64,000 nt of DNA from Gammaproteobacteria bacterium (GTDB lineage: Bacteria; Pseudomonadota; Gammaproteobacteria; Eutrophobiales; Eutrophobiaceae): NCBI GenBank assembly GCA_965116495.1, contig OZ220696.1, positions 224,001-288,000 of the forward strand, read 5' to 3'. Made by a program: the position numbers and the translations under genes. Below are positions 1-11,454 of the stretch, in pieces; position 1 is the stretch's first letter; each line of letters opens with the position of its first letter. Below the pieces are notes generated by a model. The model was given only the letters and a program-made list of their open reading frames with translations. It searched no databases and was not told the DNA's origin.

Positions 1-858
1 GGCAGCGTGATAGACCGCAGCATGGCGACTGTCAGTGTAAGGGATACCCAGGGATACGAACGTTTGCTGGAACTCGACCTCGCCTCAATATCGATTGATG
101 CCATGGCCCAGGGCAACCTGCTGCGCCTGCTGGGTATCGAACCCGTGCGCCCGGCCGTACCCGCCATTATAGGTGAGGTTGCAAACCTGGGCGCCGCCCG
201 GGAAGCCGGCATGGTAGCAGGTGACAGAATAGTAGCCGTTGACGGCGCGCCCGTCAGGAGTTGGCAACACTGGGTGGAACTCATCAGGGCTGCGCCAGGG
301 GTTTCCCTGTCCGTCAGGATAAACAGGGATGGTGAATACCTGGAGACAGAATTAACGCCCGGGGAAAAGGTCTCTGAGCAGGGAGAAACCATTGGTTACA
401 TAGGCGTAGGCCTGGACCCGGACTACGATGTTGACGGTTCGCTGTTTGCGATTGAAGCCTATCCGCTCCATACCGCCCTGGTTAAAGGGATCGGCAAGAC
501 ATTTGACATGACCGTTACCACCCTGCAGATACTGGGCAGGATGATAACCGGTCAGGCTTCGCTGAAAAACCTGAGCGGCCCGGTCAGTATTGCCCAATAT
601 GCAGGGCAGACTGCGCAGCTGGGTATCGTCGCCTTCCTGGGGTTTCTGGCTATTGTCAGTATCAGTCTTGGGGTGTTGAACCTGTTGCCTGTTCCATTAC
701 TGGACGGCGGTCACCTGTTCTATTTTTTCATAGAGTTTTTCAAGGGTAGTCCGGTATCCGTTCCCATACAACTGCTTGGTCAGCGTATCGGTATTATGCT
801 GCTGTTCGGCCTTATGGTCCTAGCCTTTTATAATGATATTACCAGACTTGCCGGGTGA
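1..858 (+). CDS. rseP: RIP metalloprotease RseP (5'-truncated by window edge)
   Basis: PDZ-like segment (GDRIVAVDG), LSGPVSIA and NLLPVPLLDGGH motifs; directly upstream of bamA. Confidence 0.95.
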   Translation, partial: GSVIDRSMATVSVRDTQGYERLLELDLASISIDAMAQGNLLRLLGIEPVRPAVPAIIGEVANLGAAREAGMVAGDRIVAVDGAPVRSWQHWVELIRAAPGVSLSVRINRDGEYLETELTPGEKVSEQGETIGYIGVGLDPDYDVDGSLFAIEAYPLHTALVKGIGKTFDMTVTTLQILGRMITGQASLKNLSGPVSIAQYAGQTAQLGIVAFLGFLAIVSISLGVLNLLPVPLLDGGHLFYFFIEFFKGSPVSVPIQLLGQRIGIMLLFGLMVLAFYNDITRLAG

Positions 859-899
859 ACGATGGATTTGTCGGGCCGAGTGCTTTAATATAGGTAATC

Positions 900-3227
900 A
901 TGTTGTCCGCAAGATTAAAAGCCTGTTTCCGTACATCGATTCTGGCGACGTTGTTGATCACCGGCTTCGTTCCACAGCTATGCGCACAGGAATTTGTTAT
1001 TGAGGATATCCGGGTTGAGGGACTGCAACGCCTGACTCCGGGAACCGTATTCAACTACCTGCCGCTGGAAGTGGGCGACAGTTTTAATCCCGCCGTATCC
1101 GCTGAAGCAGTCAGTGCCCTGTTCAAGACAGGTTTTTTCGATGATGTACAACTGCAGCGGGATGGCAACGTGCTGGTTATTGTCTTGAAGGAAAGGGCGG
1201 CAATCGGCAGTATTGAAATCAGTGGCAACAAGGATATAAAAACCGAAGATTTACTGGATGGCCTGAACCAGATAGGTTTTGCCCAGGGCCGGGTGTTTGA
1301 CCAGTCGCAACTGGATGGACTGGAGCGTGAACTGCGCCGGCAATACTTTTCCGCTGGTAAGTATGCCGTGACAATCAATTCGGAAGTGACGCCGTTAGCC
1401 AACAACAGGGTTGCTGTGACCATCGATATCTCGGAAGGGAAAGCAGCCCGGATCAAACAGATCAATATCGTCGGCAACCAGTCCTACAAGGAAGATGATT
1501 TACTGGCCGATTTTGAATTGTCCAGACCCACGCTGCTTTCCTTCTTTACCAAGGACGACCAGTATTCACGGCAGAAATTATCGGGTGACCTGGAGACCCT
1601 GCGGTCGTTTTATCTGGACCGGGGCTACGTGAACTTCAGCATTGACTCCACCCAGGTGTCCATTACTCCTGACAAGAAAGATATATACATCACAATCAAT
1701 ATCACCGAAGGCGGGCAGTATACCGTGACGGTGGTGAAGCTGGCAGGTGAGTTCATTCTCCCGGAGGAACAGTTGTACAACCTCATCAGCGTCACCCGGG
1801 GAAGCCTGTTCTCCCGCAAACAGGTGACTGACAGCAGTGAGCGGATGACCAACCGCCTGGGCGGCGTCGGCTACGCCTTCGCCAATATTAATTCCATCCC
1901 GGATATTAATGAAGAAGACAATACGGTGGAAGTCACATTTTTTGTTGACCCGGGTAAACGGGTTTACGTGAGAAGAATCAATTTTTCAGGTAATACCAGG
2001 ACCAAGGATGATGTTGTGAGACGGGAAATGCGCCAGCATGAAGGAGGCTGGATTTCCACTCCCAAGGTAGAGCGGGGAAAGATCAGGCTGCAGCGACTGG
2101 GCTACTTCGAAGAGGTCAACGTGGAGACCCCGGCCATAGCCGGTTCCGCGGACCAGGTGGATGTTAATTATACCGTGACTGAAAAGCCGTTCGGTAACTT
2201 TCTGGCCGGCCTGGGCTTTTCCCAGAACCAGGGACTGATATTCCAGACCAGCATCACCCAGGACAATTTCCTGGGTTCCGGGAAACGTATCCAGTTTGCG
2301 TTCAACAACAGTGATATCAATCGCAGGTTTTCACTGGGTTATGTGAATCCTTACTACACTGTTGACGGAATAAGCCGGGGATTTAATGTAAATTACCAGG
2401 AGACCGAGGCCTATGACGCCAATATCACCGCCTTTGACAGCCGGGTCATCGGGGCCGGAGTCAGTTTTGGCGTGCCGGTGACGGAATATAATTTCATCAG
2501 TACCGCATTCAATTACGAAAATACCACGTTGTCCGAGGATCGCTTCTTTGCAGAGCAGGTCAGGGATTTTATTGAGCGGGAAGGTAATAAATTCGATATT
2601 CTCAGGCTCTCTGCTGCGTTTTCCTACGACACGCGCAACCGGGCGATATTACCGACCCGGGGCATACAGCACCGGTTCAGTACGGAGATGGCGGTTCCCT
2701 CATTCGGTGATTCTCTGGAATTTTTCAAAGTCGGGTACAGGACCCAGTGGTACCATCCGGTCCTGCGCAGTTTCATATTTACCATCAAGGGTGATTTCGG
2801 CTATGGAAACGGCCTGTTCGGGACTGACGAACTTCCGTTTTTTGAAAATTTCTATGCCGGTGGCCCCCGTTCCGTACGCGGCTATGAGGAAAATACCCTG
2901 GGGCCGAAGGATACGCCGGTCCATGGCGGGACGAGACGCCGCCCGTTAGGTGGCAATATCAAGGTTGTAGGTGGGGCGGAAATGATATTTCCCCTGCCGT
3001 TTCTCAAGGAATTCAAGCAGGTCAGATTTGCCGCGTTTTTTGACGGCGGCAACGTTTATTCCAGCGATGAATCATTCGAATTCAGCGAACTCAGGTATTC
3101 TACCGGCTTGAGCGGCATCTGGATCTCACCTTTTGGCCTGGTAAGTGTTAGTATAGCCAAACCCATTGGAGACCAGGTAGGAGATGAGACGCAACCGTTC
3201 CAGTTTACCTTTGGATCGACATTTTAG
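900..3227 (+). CDS. bamA: Outer membrane protein assembly factor BamA
   Basis: Signal peptide, POTRA repeats (IEDIRVEGLQR), VRGY motif, C-terminal FQFTFGSTF. Confidence 0.97.
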   Translation: MLSARLKACFRTSILATLLITGFVPQLCAQEFVIEDIRVEGLQRLTPGTVFNYLPLEVGDSFNPAVSAEAVSALFKTGFFDDVQLQRDGNVLVIVLKERAAIGSIEISGNKDIKTEDLLDGLNQIGFAQGRVFDQSQLDGLERELRRQYFSAGKYAVTINSEVTPLANNRVAVTIDISEGKAARIKQINIVGNQSYKEDDLLADFELSRPTLLSFFTKDDQYSRQKLSGDLETLRSFYLDRGYVNFSIDSTQVSITPDKKDIYITINITEGGQYTVTVVKLAGEFILPEEQLYNLISVTRGSLFSRKQVTDSSERMTNRLGGVGYAFANINSIPDINEEDNTVEVTFFVDPGKRVYVRRINFSGNTRTKDDVVRREMRQHEGGWISTPKVERGKIRLQRLGYFEEVNVETPAIAGSADQVDVNYTVTEKPFGNFLAGLGFSQNQGLIFQTSITQDNFLGSGKRIQFAFNNSDINRRFSLGYVNPYYTVDGISRGFNVNYQETEAYDANITAFDSRVIGAGVSFGVPVTEYNFISTAFNYENTTLSEDRFFAEQVRDFIEREGNKFDILRLSAAFSYDTRNRAILPTRGIQHRFSTEMAVPSFGDSLEFFKVGYRTQWYHPVLRSFIFTIKGDFGYGNGLFGTDELPFFENFYAGGPRSVRGYEENTLGPKDTPVHGGTRRRPLGGNIKVVGGAEMIFPLPFLKEFKQVRFAAFFDGGNVYSSDESFEFSELRYSTGLSGIWISPFGLVSVSIAKPIGDQVGDETQPFQFTFGSTF

Positions 3228-3284
3228 AAAAACCCTGTTCCGGTGTGGTGTATACTGAGATTTATTTATAACAAATTGGAGTCT

Positions 3285-3827
3285 ATGAGTGCTATGAGGC
3301 TTACCCATTTCCTGGTATGTTTTTTTGCAGTCGGTTTTATGCAGGATGTGATTGCCGAGGATTACAAGATCGGCGCCGTTAACGCGATACGCATCCTGGA
3401 ACAATCCCCCCAGGCTGAGAAGATGCGTAACTTGCTTGAAAAAGAGTTTGCCCCGCGCGACCGGGAACTGGTTGCCGCGCAGAAGTCATTAAAAGAAATG
3501 GAAGACCGCCTGACAAAAGACGCCCCCATCATGAGCGAGGCGGAAAGGAGCAAGCTGGAGCGGGACATCATCAATGAACGGCGTGACCTGAAACGCAACC
3601 AGGATGAATTCCGCGAAGACCTCACCTTCCGCAGGAATGAGGAAATTGCAAGTATTCAAAAAGATATCGTCGATGCCATCAATACCATCGCCAGAGAAAA
3701 CGGCTTTGACATGATATTGAATGAAGGCGTTATTTTTGCCAGCCCTAAAGTGGATATATCCCAGCTTGTCATAGATAAGTTGAAGATGGAAAATGACTCG
3801 GGGAAAGACATTGATGGAGCGGAATAG
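3285..3827 (+). CDS. skp: Periplasmic chaperone Skp/OmpH
   Basis: KIGAVN start of mature part, long coiled coil, FDMILNE..VIFASP.VDIS; synteny. Start 3285 or 3294 after GGAG. Confidence 0.92.
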   Translation: MSAMRLTHFLVCFFAVGFMQDVIAEDYKIGAVNAIRILEQSPQAEKMRNLLEKEFAPRDRELVAAQKSLKEMEDRLTKDAPIMSEAERSKLERDIINERRDLKRNQDEFREDLTFRRNEEIASIQKDIVDAINTIARENGFDMILNEGVIFASPKVDISQLVIDKLKMENDSGKDIDGAE

Positions 3828-3850
3828 TACGGCCTGGTGTAGCCATAGCC

Positions 3851-4867
3851 ATGACCGCAACATTGGCAGAAATTGCTGCTGTTTGTGACGCAGAACTGCA
3901 AGGCGACCCTGCCGGTGAGATAATCAATGTTGCCAGCCTGCATAATTCTGCAGTGGGCGACCTGTCTTTTTATATTAACAAAAATCATTATGCCGACCTG
4001 GAAACGACCCGCGCCAGCGCGGTGCTATTGACCGCAGCAGATGCCCCGGCGTGCCCGACCGCGAAACTGATCTCGGATGATCCCTACCTCGCTTATGCAA
4101 AAGCGGCCAGGTTCCTTAACCCGGTAGCTGAATTCACCCCCGGTATTCACCCATCGGCAGTAGTGGATGCAACTGCTGTTATCGCGGCCGGTTGTTTTAT
4201 CGGCGCCAACGCCGTAATCGGCGAAAACGTAGTGATCGGTCCGGGGACATATATCGGTCCTGGTTGCGTAATTGAAGCGAACGTTGTAATCGGTAATCAT
4301 TGCCGTTTCTATGCTAACGTGAGCCTGATGGGACGTGTTGAAATCGGTATGCGGGTATTGCTTCACCCTGGGGTTGTGATAGGGGCGGATGGTTACGGCA
4401 TCGCCAATGACGCGGGCCGCTGGTTGAAAATCCCTCAACTCGGTGATGTCGTCATTCAGGATGATGTTGAGATAGGCGCCAACACAACTATTGACAGGGG
4501 GTCGCTGGAAACCACCGTGATAGAAACCGGGGTTAAAATCGATAATCAGGTACAAATCGGACATAATACCCGGATAGGGGAACACACGGCCATTGCCGGC
4601 GCGGCGGTAGTTGCCGGTAGTGTAAAGATAGGCAGGAGATGTATGATTGGCGGAGCCAGCGCCATTACCGGTCATATCGAGATTGCTGATGACGTGGTCA
4701 TTACCGGGATGTCCGGTGTGCCAAACAGTATCAAACAAGCCGGCGTCTATTCTTCGGGAGTGCCCATAACGGATAACAGCACCTGGCGAAAAAATATGGC
4801 GAGACTCAGGCGTCTTGATGAGATTGCAAGGAAAGTAGCCCGAATGGAAAAACAGGCAAAACAGTGA
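3851..4867 (+). CDS. lpxD: UDP-3-O-acylglucosamine N-acyltransferase
   Basis: Hexapeptide repeats, IGADGYG, EIGANTTIDRG, KIDNQVQIGHN. Confidence 0.97.
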   Translation: MTATLAEIAAVCDAELQGDPAGEIINVASLHNSAVGDLSFYINKNHYADLETTRASAVLLTAADAPACPTAKLISDDPYLAYAKAARFLNPVAEFTPGIHPSAVVDATAVIAAGCFIGANAVIGENVVIGPGTYIGPGCVIEANVVIGNHCRFYANVSLMGRVEIGMRVLLHPGVVIGADGYGIANDAGRWLKIPQLGDVVIQDDVEIGANTTIDRGSLETTVIETGVKIDNQVQIGHNTRIGEHTAIAGAAVVAGSVKIGRRCMIGGASAITGHIEIADDVVITGMSGVPNSIKQAGVYSSGVPITDNSTWRKNMARLRRLDEIARKVARMEKQAKQ

Positions 4868-4905
4868 CATACCATACACGCAGATGAATACAGGTTTACG
4901 CTACC

Positions 4906-5355
4906 ATGCCGCAACTGGACGTTGATCAGATCAAGAAGGCGCTACCGCACCGCTATCCCATGCTGTTACTGGACAAAGTGACAGACTATGAACCGGGAGT
5001 TTTCCTGACGGCCATCAAGAACGTCACGGTAAATGAGCCTTTTTTCCAGGGACATTTCCCCCAGCAGCCGATCATGCCCGGCGTATTCATTGTTGAGGCC
5101 ATGGCACAGGCCTCCGCGGTGCTGGGGCTGCTGTCGGCAGAAGGGGAGCGGCACTGGAACAAGCTGTATTACCTGGTCGGCGTAGACAAGGCCAGGTTCA
5201 GGAAAACTGTAGGGCCGGGCGATCAACTGGTGGTCGAGGTAAAATTCGTTGCATTAAGGAGAAATATCTGGCGCTTTTCCTGTGTTGCCAAAGTCAACGG
5301 TACGACAGTGGCTGATGCGGATTTATTGACTACTATTGCGGATCGGGAGACTTGA
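4906..5355 (+). CDS. fabZ: 3-hydroxyacyl-ACP dehydratase
   Basis: [31 protein letters not shown]. Confidence 0.97.
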   Translation: MPQLDVDQIKKALPHRYPMLLLDKVTDYEPGVFLTAIKNVTVNEPFFQGHFPQQPIMPGVFIVEAMAQASAVLGLLSAEGERHWNKLYYLVGVDKARFRKTVGPGDQLVVEVKFVALRRNIWRFSCVAKVNGTTVADADLLTTIADRET

Positions 5356-6125
5356 TCGAATCCACAGCGAAAGTGCATCCCGGTGCTGAAATTGGAACAG
5401 GGGTCAGGATTGGGGCCTATTCCATCATAGGGGATCAGGTTCAAATTGCAGACAACTGTGAAATAGGTCCGCACGTAGTTGTCAAAGGCCCCACCCGGAT
5501 TGGCGAAGCAACCCGAATCTCGCAATTCGCATCAATCGGGGACGAGCCCCAGGACAAAAAGTATCAGGGTGAAGCCGGGTCTTTTCTGGAGATCGGCTCC
5601 AGCAACGTCATAAGGGAATTCTGCACTATCAACCGCGGAACGGCGCAGGGCGGAGGGACAACCCGGGTCGGTAATAACAACTGGATTATGGCATACGTGC
5701 ATATAGCGCATGATTGTCTGGTGGGTAATAACACGATCTTCGCCAATAACGCCACCCTGGCAGGGCATGTACACATTGATGATTTTGCCGTTCTGGGCGG
5801 ATTTACCGGCGTGCACCAGTTCTGCCGGGTTGGTTGCCATAGTATTTCGGCTATCGCTTCCATTATCGTAAAAGATGTTCCACCGTACCTGATGGTGTCC
5901 GGAAATACCGCTAAACCGAGCGGGTTGAACAGGGTGGGGCTCAGACGTAACGGATTTTCGGACAAGTCGGTTGATGCGCTCAGAAAGGCTTACCGGATGG
6001 TCTATCGGGAAGGACTGCTTCTGAAAGATGCCCTGAAAAAACTCGAAACACTGGCAGACGCCAACGGGGAAGTTGCCAATTTCACCCGGTTCATCAGGGG
6101 GTCCAAGCGTGGGATTATTCGTTAG
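5352..6125 (+). CDS. lpxA: UDP-N-acetylglucosamine O-acyltransferase
   Basis: Hexapeptide repeats, PQDKKY, IREFCTINRGT, HIAHDC, ATLAGHV. Confidence 0.97.
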   Translation: MIESTAKVHPGAEIGTGVRIGAYSIIGDQVQIADNCEIGPHVVVKGPTRIGEATRISQFASIGDEPQDKKYQGEAGSFLEIGSSNVIREFCTINRGTAQGGGTTRVGNNNWIMAYVHIAHDCLVGNNTIFANNATLAGHVHIDDFAVLGGFTGVHQFCRVGCHSISAIASIIVKDVPPYLMVSGNTAKPSGLNRVGLRRNGFSDKSVDALRKAYRMVYREGLLLKDALKKLETLADANGEVANFTRFIRGSKRGIIR

Positions 6126-6156
6126 CGTCTGGAAGACGAGCGCCTCATGCAGGTGA

Positions 6157-7311
6157 GTGGAAGTGAGAATCGGAATAGTAGCAGGGGAGCCTTCCGGAGA
6201 TTTTTTAGCCGCGCAGCTAATCAGGTCCATCAGAAAAAACAGGCCTGACGTCAGTGTGGAAGGCATAGGGGGGAAAAGGTTATCCGAGGCAGGCTGTGAA
6301 ATTCTGTTCCCCATGGAAAAACTGGCGGTTATGGGACTGGTGGAAGTACTGGGGAAAGTATGGGAACTGCGCGGGTTACGGGCAAGGCTTGCAGACCATT
6401 TCATAAATAATCCACCGGACGTGTTTATCGGAGTCGATTCTCCCGACTTTAATCTCGGCCTGGAAAGGACATTAAGAAAAAACGGCATAAAAACTGTTCA
6501 TTATGTCTGTCCGACGATTTGGGCATGGCGTACCTGGCGAGCGCGGAAGATCAGAAATGCCGCAGATCTCGTACTATCGGTATTTCCTTTCGAGGTGGAA
6601 TTTTTCCGCAAACATCACATTCCGATAAGCTATGTCGGCCATCCGCTGGCCGGGGAGGTGGATATGCAGCCTGATGTGGAAAGCGCACGCCGGCGTTTGG
6701 GTCTGTCCGCACAGGTTTTGACGGTTGCTGTTCTCCCGGGCAGCAGGAGTTCGGAACTGGACAGGATGACAGGCCCTTTCATCGAAACGGCAGCCTGGCT
6801 GGATGCGCGTTATGACGAGATCCAGTTTGTGGCTAACGCAGTGGATGAGGCCGCAGAAATCCGCTTGAACGCGGCTGCAAAAAAAAGGGGGTTGCAGTTA
6901 AAGATAGTTAATAACAGGATTGGTGACACATTGGCGGCTGCGGACGTTGCCCTGGTGGCTTCAGGTACGGTTACCCTTGAAGCGATGCTGCATAAAGTTC
7001 CCATGGTGGTGGCTTACAGAATGCATAGCCTCACGTTTTGGATAGTACGGGCATTGATCAAGGTAAAATTTGTATCCCTGCCCAACCTGCTGGCGAACCG
7101 CAAACTGGTTCCCGAGTACTTTCAGTCGGAATGCCGGGCGGACGTGCTGGGACCTGCACTGCAATACTGGTTGGAAAGTCCCGATAATGTCCGGACATTG
7201 TCCCATTATTTTACGCACCTGCACATGTCCCTGCAGAGATCTGACGAAAGCGCGGCACAGGCGGTCCTGACGCTGGCCGATCCTCAACAGCTACACAGGA
7301 CACAAGGTTAA
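6157..7311 (+). CDS. lpxB: Lipid-A-disaccharide synthase
   Basis: AGEPSGD, DSPDFN, WAWR, LPGSR, SGTVTLE, SLPNLL motifs. Confidence 0.97.
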   Translation: MEVRIGIVAGEPSGDFLAAQLIRSIRKNRPDVSVEGIGGKRLSEAGCEILFPMEKLAVMGLVEVLGKVWELRGLRARLADHFINNPPDVFIGVDSPDFNLGLERTLRKNGIKTVHYVCPTIWAWRTWRARKIRNAADLVLSVFPFEVEFFRKHHIPISYVGHPLAGEVDMQPDVESARRRLGLSAQVLTVAVLPGSRSSELDRMTGPFIETAAWLDARYDEIQFVANAVDEAAEIRLNAAAKKRGLQLKIVNNRIGDTLAAADVALVASGTVTLEAMLHKVPMVVAYRMHSLTFWIVRALIKVKFVSLPNLLANRKLVPEYFQSECRADVLGPALQYWLESPDNVRTLSHYFTHLHMSLQRSDESAAQAVLTLADPQQLHRTQG

Positions 7312-7370
7312 CCCGGTGCCCCCTGTAGCAGAGATATCATGCCGTGTGCCGTGAGCCTGGAATAAAGACT

Positions 7371-7946
7371 ATGCCTGGTTTATTTCTGGTAGCCGGTGTT
7401 GATGAGGCGGGGAGGGGGCCGCTTGCCGGTCCGGTCATCGCAGCCGCAGTAATTCTGGATGAGGCAGAAAGGATTACCGGTTTGGCTGATTCCAAGACCT
7501 TGTCAGAACAGCGCAGGGAAAAACTGGCGCAGGTAATCAGGGACAAGGCGCTGGACTGCTCCATCGGCCGGGCGGACCACCTGGAGATTGACCGTCTGAA
7601 TGTATTGAATGCAAGCCTGCTGGCAATGCAGCGCGCCATTCACGGATTGAACATGGAGCCGGCCCGGGTCCTGGTCGACGGCAATCGATGCCCGGATATC
7701 GACTACCCGGTGACTGCCATAATTAAAGGTGATCGAACCGAAGCCTGCATCAGCGCTGCCTCGATCCTGGCAAAGGTGAGCAGGGACCGGGAAATGCGGG
7801 AAATGGACCGGAAGTATCCAGGCTACGGCTTCGCCCGGCACAAGGGCTATCCGACCCGGGAGCATGTGCGAACATTATCTGATATCGGCCCTTGTCCAAT
7901 TCACCGACGCAGTTTTATGCCGGTGCAGCGCTGTCTGGAGTTGTGA
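7371..7946 (+). CDS. rnhB: Ribonuclease HII
   Basis: [35 protein letters not shown]; ATG at 7371 preferred over GTG 7344. Confidence 0.96.
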   Translation: MPGLFLVAGVDEAGRGPLAGPVIAAAVILDEAERITGLADSKTLSEQRREKLAQVIRDKALDCSIGRADHLEIDRLNVLNASLLAMQRAIHGLNMEPARVLVDGNRCPDIDYPVTAIIKGDRTEACISAASILAKVSRDREMREMDRKYPGYGFARHKGYPTREHVRTLSDIGPCPIHRRSFMPVQRCLEL

Positions 7947-7953
7947 CTGAGCA

Positions 7954-10900
7954 GTGATGGAAACGGCAGAAAGCAAGTTCGTTCATTTACACGTCCACAC
8001 GGAATATTCCCTGGTAGACGGCCTGTTGCGAGTGGGTGATTACGTTAGCGCCCTGGTGGAAAAAGGCATGACGAGTGCGGCCGTCACCGAATTGCATAAC
8101 GTATTTTCGATGGTTAAATTTTATCGAAAATGCCTGGATATGGGTGTCAAACCGATCATTGGTGCTGAAATTAACCTGGCAGATGAACAGGGCGACGACA
8201 AGGACCACAGACTGGTGCTGCTATGCCGGAATAACGACGGATTCAGAAACCTGGCGGAACTGGTTACCCGCAGCTACACCCACGGTCAGGCTCGCGGTGC
8301 GCCGGTTATCCGGAGAGAGTGGTTAAAACAACACGCAGCAGACCTGATCGCCTTGTCCGGCGCTAGGAACGGTGCAATCGGCCAGTCTCTCATGCACAAT
8401 CAAATCGAAAACGCCAGGGAACATCTCGCCTGGTTCCGGGACTTGTTCCCGGACCGGTTTTACCTGGAACTGCAACGAACCGGCCGGCAAGGAGAGGATA
8501 TATATATAGAGGAAGTCATGGACCTTGCGACCGAATTCGACATGCCCGCGGTTGCAACCAATGACGTGCGGTTTTTAACGCCTGATGATTTTGCCGCCCA
8601 CGAAGCCCGGGTGTGTATCCATAGCGGTTATACACTTAACGATCCCAAGCGGCCGCGCCTTTACAGTAATGAACAATACCTGAAGACAGCAGAGCAAATG
8701 GCAGAGTTGTTTCATGACCTGCCGGAAGCCCTGGAGAACAGTGTAAATATTGCGAGACGCTGTAACCTTGAGTTGCAATTCGACGATTACCACTTGCCCG
8801 AGTTCCCTGTTCCTGAAGGCTTTGACCAGGCCGGCTGGCTGCAGCGGGATGCGCATACCGGGTTGAACAGACTGGTCGAAGAGAAGAATGCATCGGGTGG
8901 TGATATAGACCCGGAGCAATACAGGCAGCGCCTGGACCTTGAACTGGAGGTCATTACTAGCATGGGTTTCCCCGGTTATTTTCTCATCGTTGCCGATTTT
9001 ATCCGTTGGGCAAAACAGCAGGGCATACCGGTGGGTCCCGGGCGCGGTTCCGGAGGTGGTTCCCTGGTCGCTTACGTCCTCGGCATTACCGATCTGGACC
9101 CCATTGATCATGACTTGTTGTTCGAGCGGTTCCTGAATCCTGAAAGGGTATCGTTACCGGATTTCGACGTGGACTTTTGTATGGACAGACGCGATGAAGT
9201 GATTGAATACGTTTCCAGCCGCTACGGCCGCGAGCGTGTTTCCCAGATTATCACTTTCGGAAGCATGGCTGCTAAAGCAGTGGTGCGTGATGTCGGCAGG
9301 GTTCTCGGACATCCTTACGGTTACGTCGACAAGATAGCTAAGCTAATCCCGTTTGAACTGGATATGACACTGGACCGTGCGCTGAACGAAGAGGAGACGC
9401 TCAAGCAGCGCTACGCAGAGGAAGAGGAACTCAGGATACTTATTGACCTGGCAAAAAAACTGGAGGGACTGGTCCGCAACGCGGGAAAACACGCCGGCGG
9501 CATCGTCATCTCGCCACGGGCCTTGACCGAGTACATGCCCCTATATTGCGAAAAGAACACCATGGTCACGTCAACCCAGTTTGACATGGGTGACGTGGAA
9601 ACCATCGGCCTGGTCAAGTTCGATTTTCTGGGTTTGCGGACCCTGACCATTATTGATTGGGCGGTGAAGGATATCAATGAATTGTTACTTGACAAGACTG
9701 CCGCAAAACTGGATATCAGGACCATTGAACTTGATGATATGGATACTTATGCAACGATCAGGCGCATGGATACCAGCGCCGTATTTCAGTTGGAATCGGA
9801 CGGGATGAGAAAACTGATAAAACGGCTTGAGCCGGATAAATTCGATGACCTGGTCGCCCTGGTGGCGTTGTTTCGACCCGGCCCGCTGGATTCGGGGATG
9901 GTTGATGATTTCATCGACAGGAAAAAAGGCAAAGCACAGGTACGCTATCACCACCCATCTCTGGAAACTGTATTGAAACCGACCTATGGCGTCATCCTGT
10001 ACCAGGAACAGGTGATGCAGATTGCCCGGTTGTTAGGAGGCTATACCCTGGGTTCTGCGGATTTGCTGAGACGCGCCATGGGAAAGAAAAAGCGCGAAGA
10101 AATGTCCCTGCAAAGAGATATATTCGTGAACGGAGCGATAAAAAACCAGGTCAGTGAAAAGGTGGCCACATCCATATTCGACCTGATGGAAAAATTTGCG
10201 GGTTATGGGTTCAATAAATCCCACTCCGTCGCTTATGCCTTGCTGGCTTACCAGACAGCCTGGTTGAAAACGCATTATCCCGCGGCATTCATGGCGGCAG
10301 TGCTGTCTGCGGACATGAATAATACGGACAAGATTGTCAGGTTGATTGAAGAGTTGAGGAGAATGAAACTGGTCCTGAAGCCGCCTTCGGTTAATTCCAG
10401 TGATTACAAGTTCAAGGTTGTCGATGCGCACACTATTTTATTCGGCCTGGGTGCAATAAAGGGAGTAGGCCAATCCGCAATCATAAGATTGTGCGAGGAA
10501 AGGCAGGAGCACGGGGACTTCTCCGACCTGTTCGAACTCTGCCGGCGCACCGATCCGCGCAGGGTTAACAAACGCGTTATTGAAGCCCTTATCCGGTCCG
10601 GCGCGCTGGATGATTTCGGTCAGCAGCGGAGTGTGCTGGCGGCCAGCCTGGAGCAGGCCATGAAGTTCGCTGAACAATATGTGGACAATGCGGATACAGG
10701 ACAGGACGACCTGTTCGGGACGGCGCTGCTGGCGGTGTCCGCCGACAGCGGAAACAAGTCTGAGATACCGTATGCCAGTGCGCCTGAGTGGGACGAGCAC
10801 GAACGCCTGATGGGAGAGAAGGAGACCCTGGGGTTCTACCTGGAAGGCCATCCAATCACCCGTTTCGAAAAAGAACTGTCAACATTCACCACATCCAATC

Positions 10901-11442
10901 TGGGCAAGGTCAGGGCCGGGGTGAACCTGGCGGTAGCCGGCTATATCGAGAATATACGTATCCGCAGCGGGGTCAGGGGACGTATGGCCGAGATCATGCT
11001 GGATGATAAAACCGCCCGGGTTCAAATCACGGCATACAGTGAAACCTACCAGCTTTACCGTGAGTTATTGCTGAAGGACCAACTGGTCATTATCAAGGGG
11101 GAAGCGGTGGAAGATGACTATTATGAATCCGGCGTTTCCATCGTCGCCAGGGAGGTTTACTCGCTTGCGCAACTGCGCGAGCGCTTCGCCGTTGTGCGGT
11201 TGAATATAGACAAGAACATGTTGGACAACGGGTTTATTCCCGGCCTGAAAGAGGTATTATCACGGCACGGGACCGGGACAAACCGGGTTTCAATGGAATA
11301 TAATAATAGATTCGTCTCAACCATTCTGGGATTCGGCAGCGGATGGACCGTAAAAATCAGTGACGAATTACTGGCCGAACTCGGCAACATGGTTGGCGCG
11401 GAGAACGTGAACCTGGATTTTCCGGGTAAGGTAAAATTATAG
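7954..11442 (+). CDS. dnaE: DNA polymerase III alpha subunit
   Basis: PHP domain HLHVHTEYSL.DG, GPGRGSG, PDFDVDF, FNKSH; 1162 aa, no obvious intein. Confidence 0.98.
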   Translation: MMETAESKFVHLHVHTEYSLVDGLLRVGDYVSALVEKGMTSAAVTELHNVFSMVKFYRKCLDMGVKPIIGAEINLADEQGDDKDHRLVLLCRNNDGFRNLAELVTRSYTHGQARGAPVIRREWLKQHAADLIALSGARNGAIGQSLMHNQIENAREHLAWFRDLFPDRFYLELQRTGRQGEDIYIEEVMDLATEFDMPAVATNDVRFLTPDDFAAHEARVCIHSGYTLNDPKRPRLYSNEQYLKTAEQMAELFHDLPEALENSVNIARRCNLELQFDDYHLPEFPVPEGFDQAGWLQRDAHTGLNRLVEEKNASGGDIDPEQYRQRLDLELEVITSMGFPGYFLIVADFIRWAKQQGIPVGPGRGSGGGSLVAYVLGITDLDPIDHDLLFERFLNPERVSLPDFDVDFCMDRRDEVIEYVSSRYGRERVSQIITFGSMAAKAVVRDVGRVLGHPYGYVDKIAKLIPFELDMTLDRALNEEETLKQRYAEEEELRILIDLAKKLEGLVRNAGKHAGGIVISPRALTEYMPLYCEKNTMVTSTQFDMGDVETIGLVKFDFLGLRTLTIIDWAVKDINELLLDKTAAKLDIRTIELDDMDTYATIRRMDTSAVFQLESDGMRKLIKRLEPDKFDDLVALVALFRPGPLDSGMVDDFIDRKKGKAQVRYHHPSLETVLKPTYGVILYQEQVMQIARLLGGYTLGSADLLRRAMGKKKREEMSLQRDIFVNGAIKNQVSEKVATSIFDLMEKFAGYGFNKSHSVAYALLAYQTAWLKTHYPAAFMAAVLSADMNNTDKIVRLIEELRRMKLVLKPPSVNSSDYKFKVVDAHTILFGLGAIKGVGQSAIIRLCEERQEHGDFSDLFELCRRTDPRRVNKRVIEALIRSGALDDFGQQRSVLAASLEQAMKFAEQYVDNADTGQDDLFGTALLAVSADSGNKSEIPYASAPEWDEHERLMGEKETLGFYLEGHPITRFEKELSTFTTSNLGKVRAGVNLAVAGYIENIRIRSGVRGRMAEIMLDDKTARVQITAYSETYQLYRELLLKDQLVIIKGEAVEDDYYESGVSIVAREVYSLAQLRERFAVVRLNIDKNMLDNGFIPGLKEVLSRHGTGTNRVSMEYNNRFVSTILGFGSGWTVKISDELLAELGNMVGAENVNLDFPGKVKL

Positions 11443-11454
11443 ACAACCTGTACA

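Noticed and set aside
4025-6488. Long antisense ORFs (4025-4879, 5532-6488)
   Set aside because: Shadows of lpxD, lpxA and lpxB codon bias
7954-11442. Possible intein in dnaE
   Set aside because: Normal length and no Hint or LAGLIDADG motifs seen
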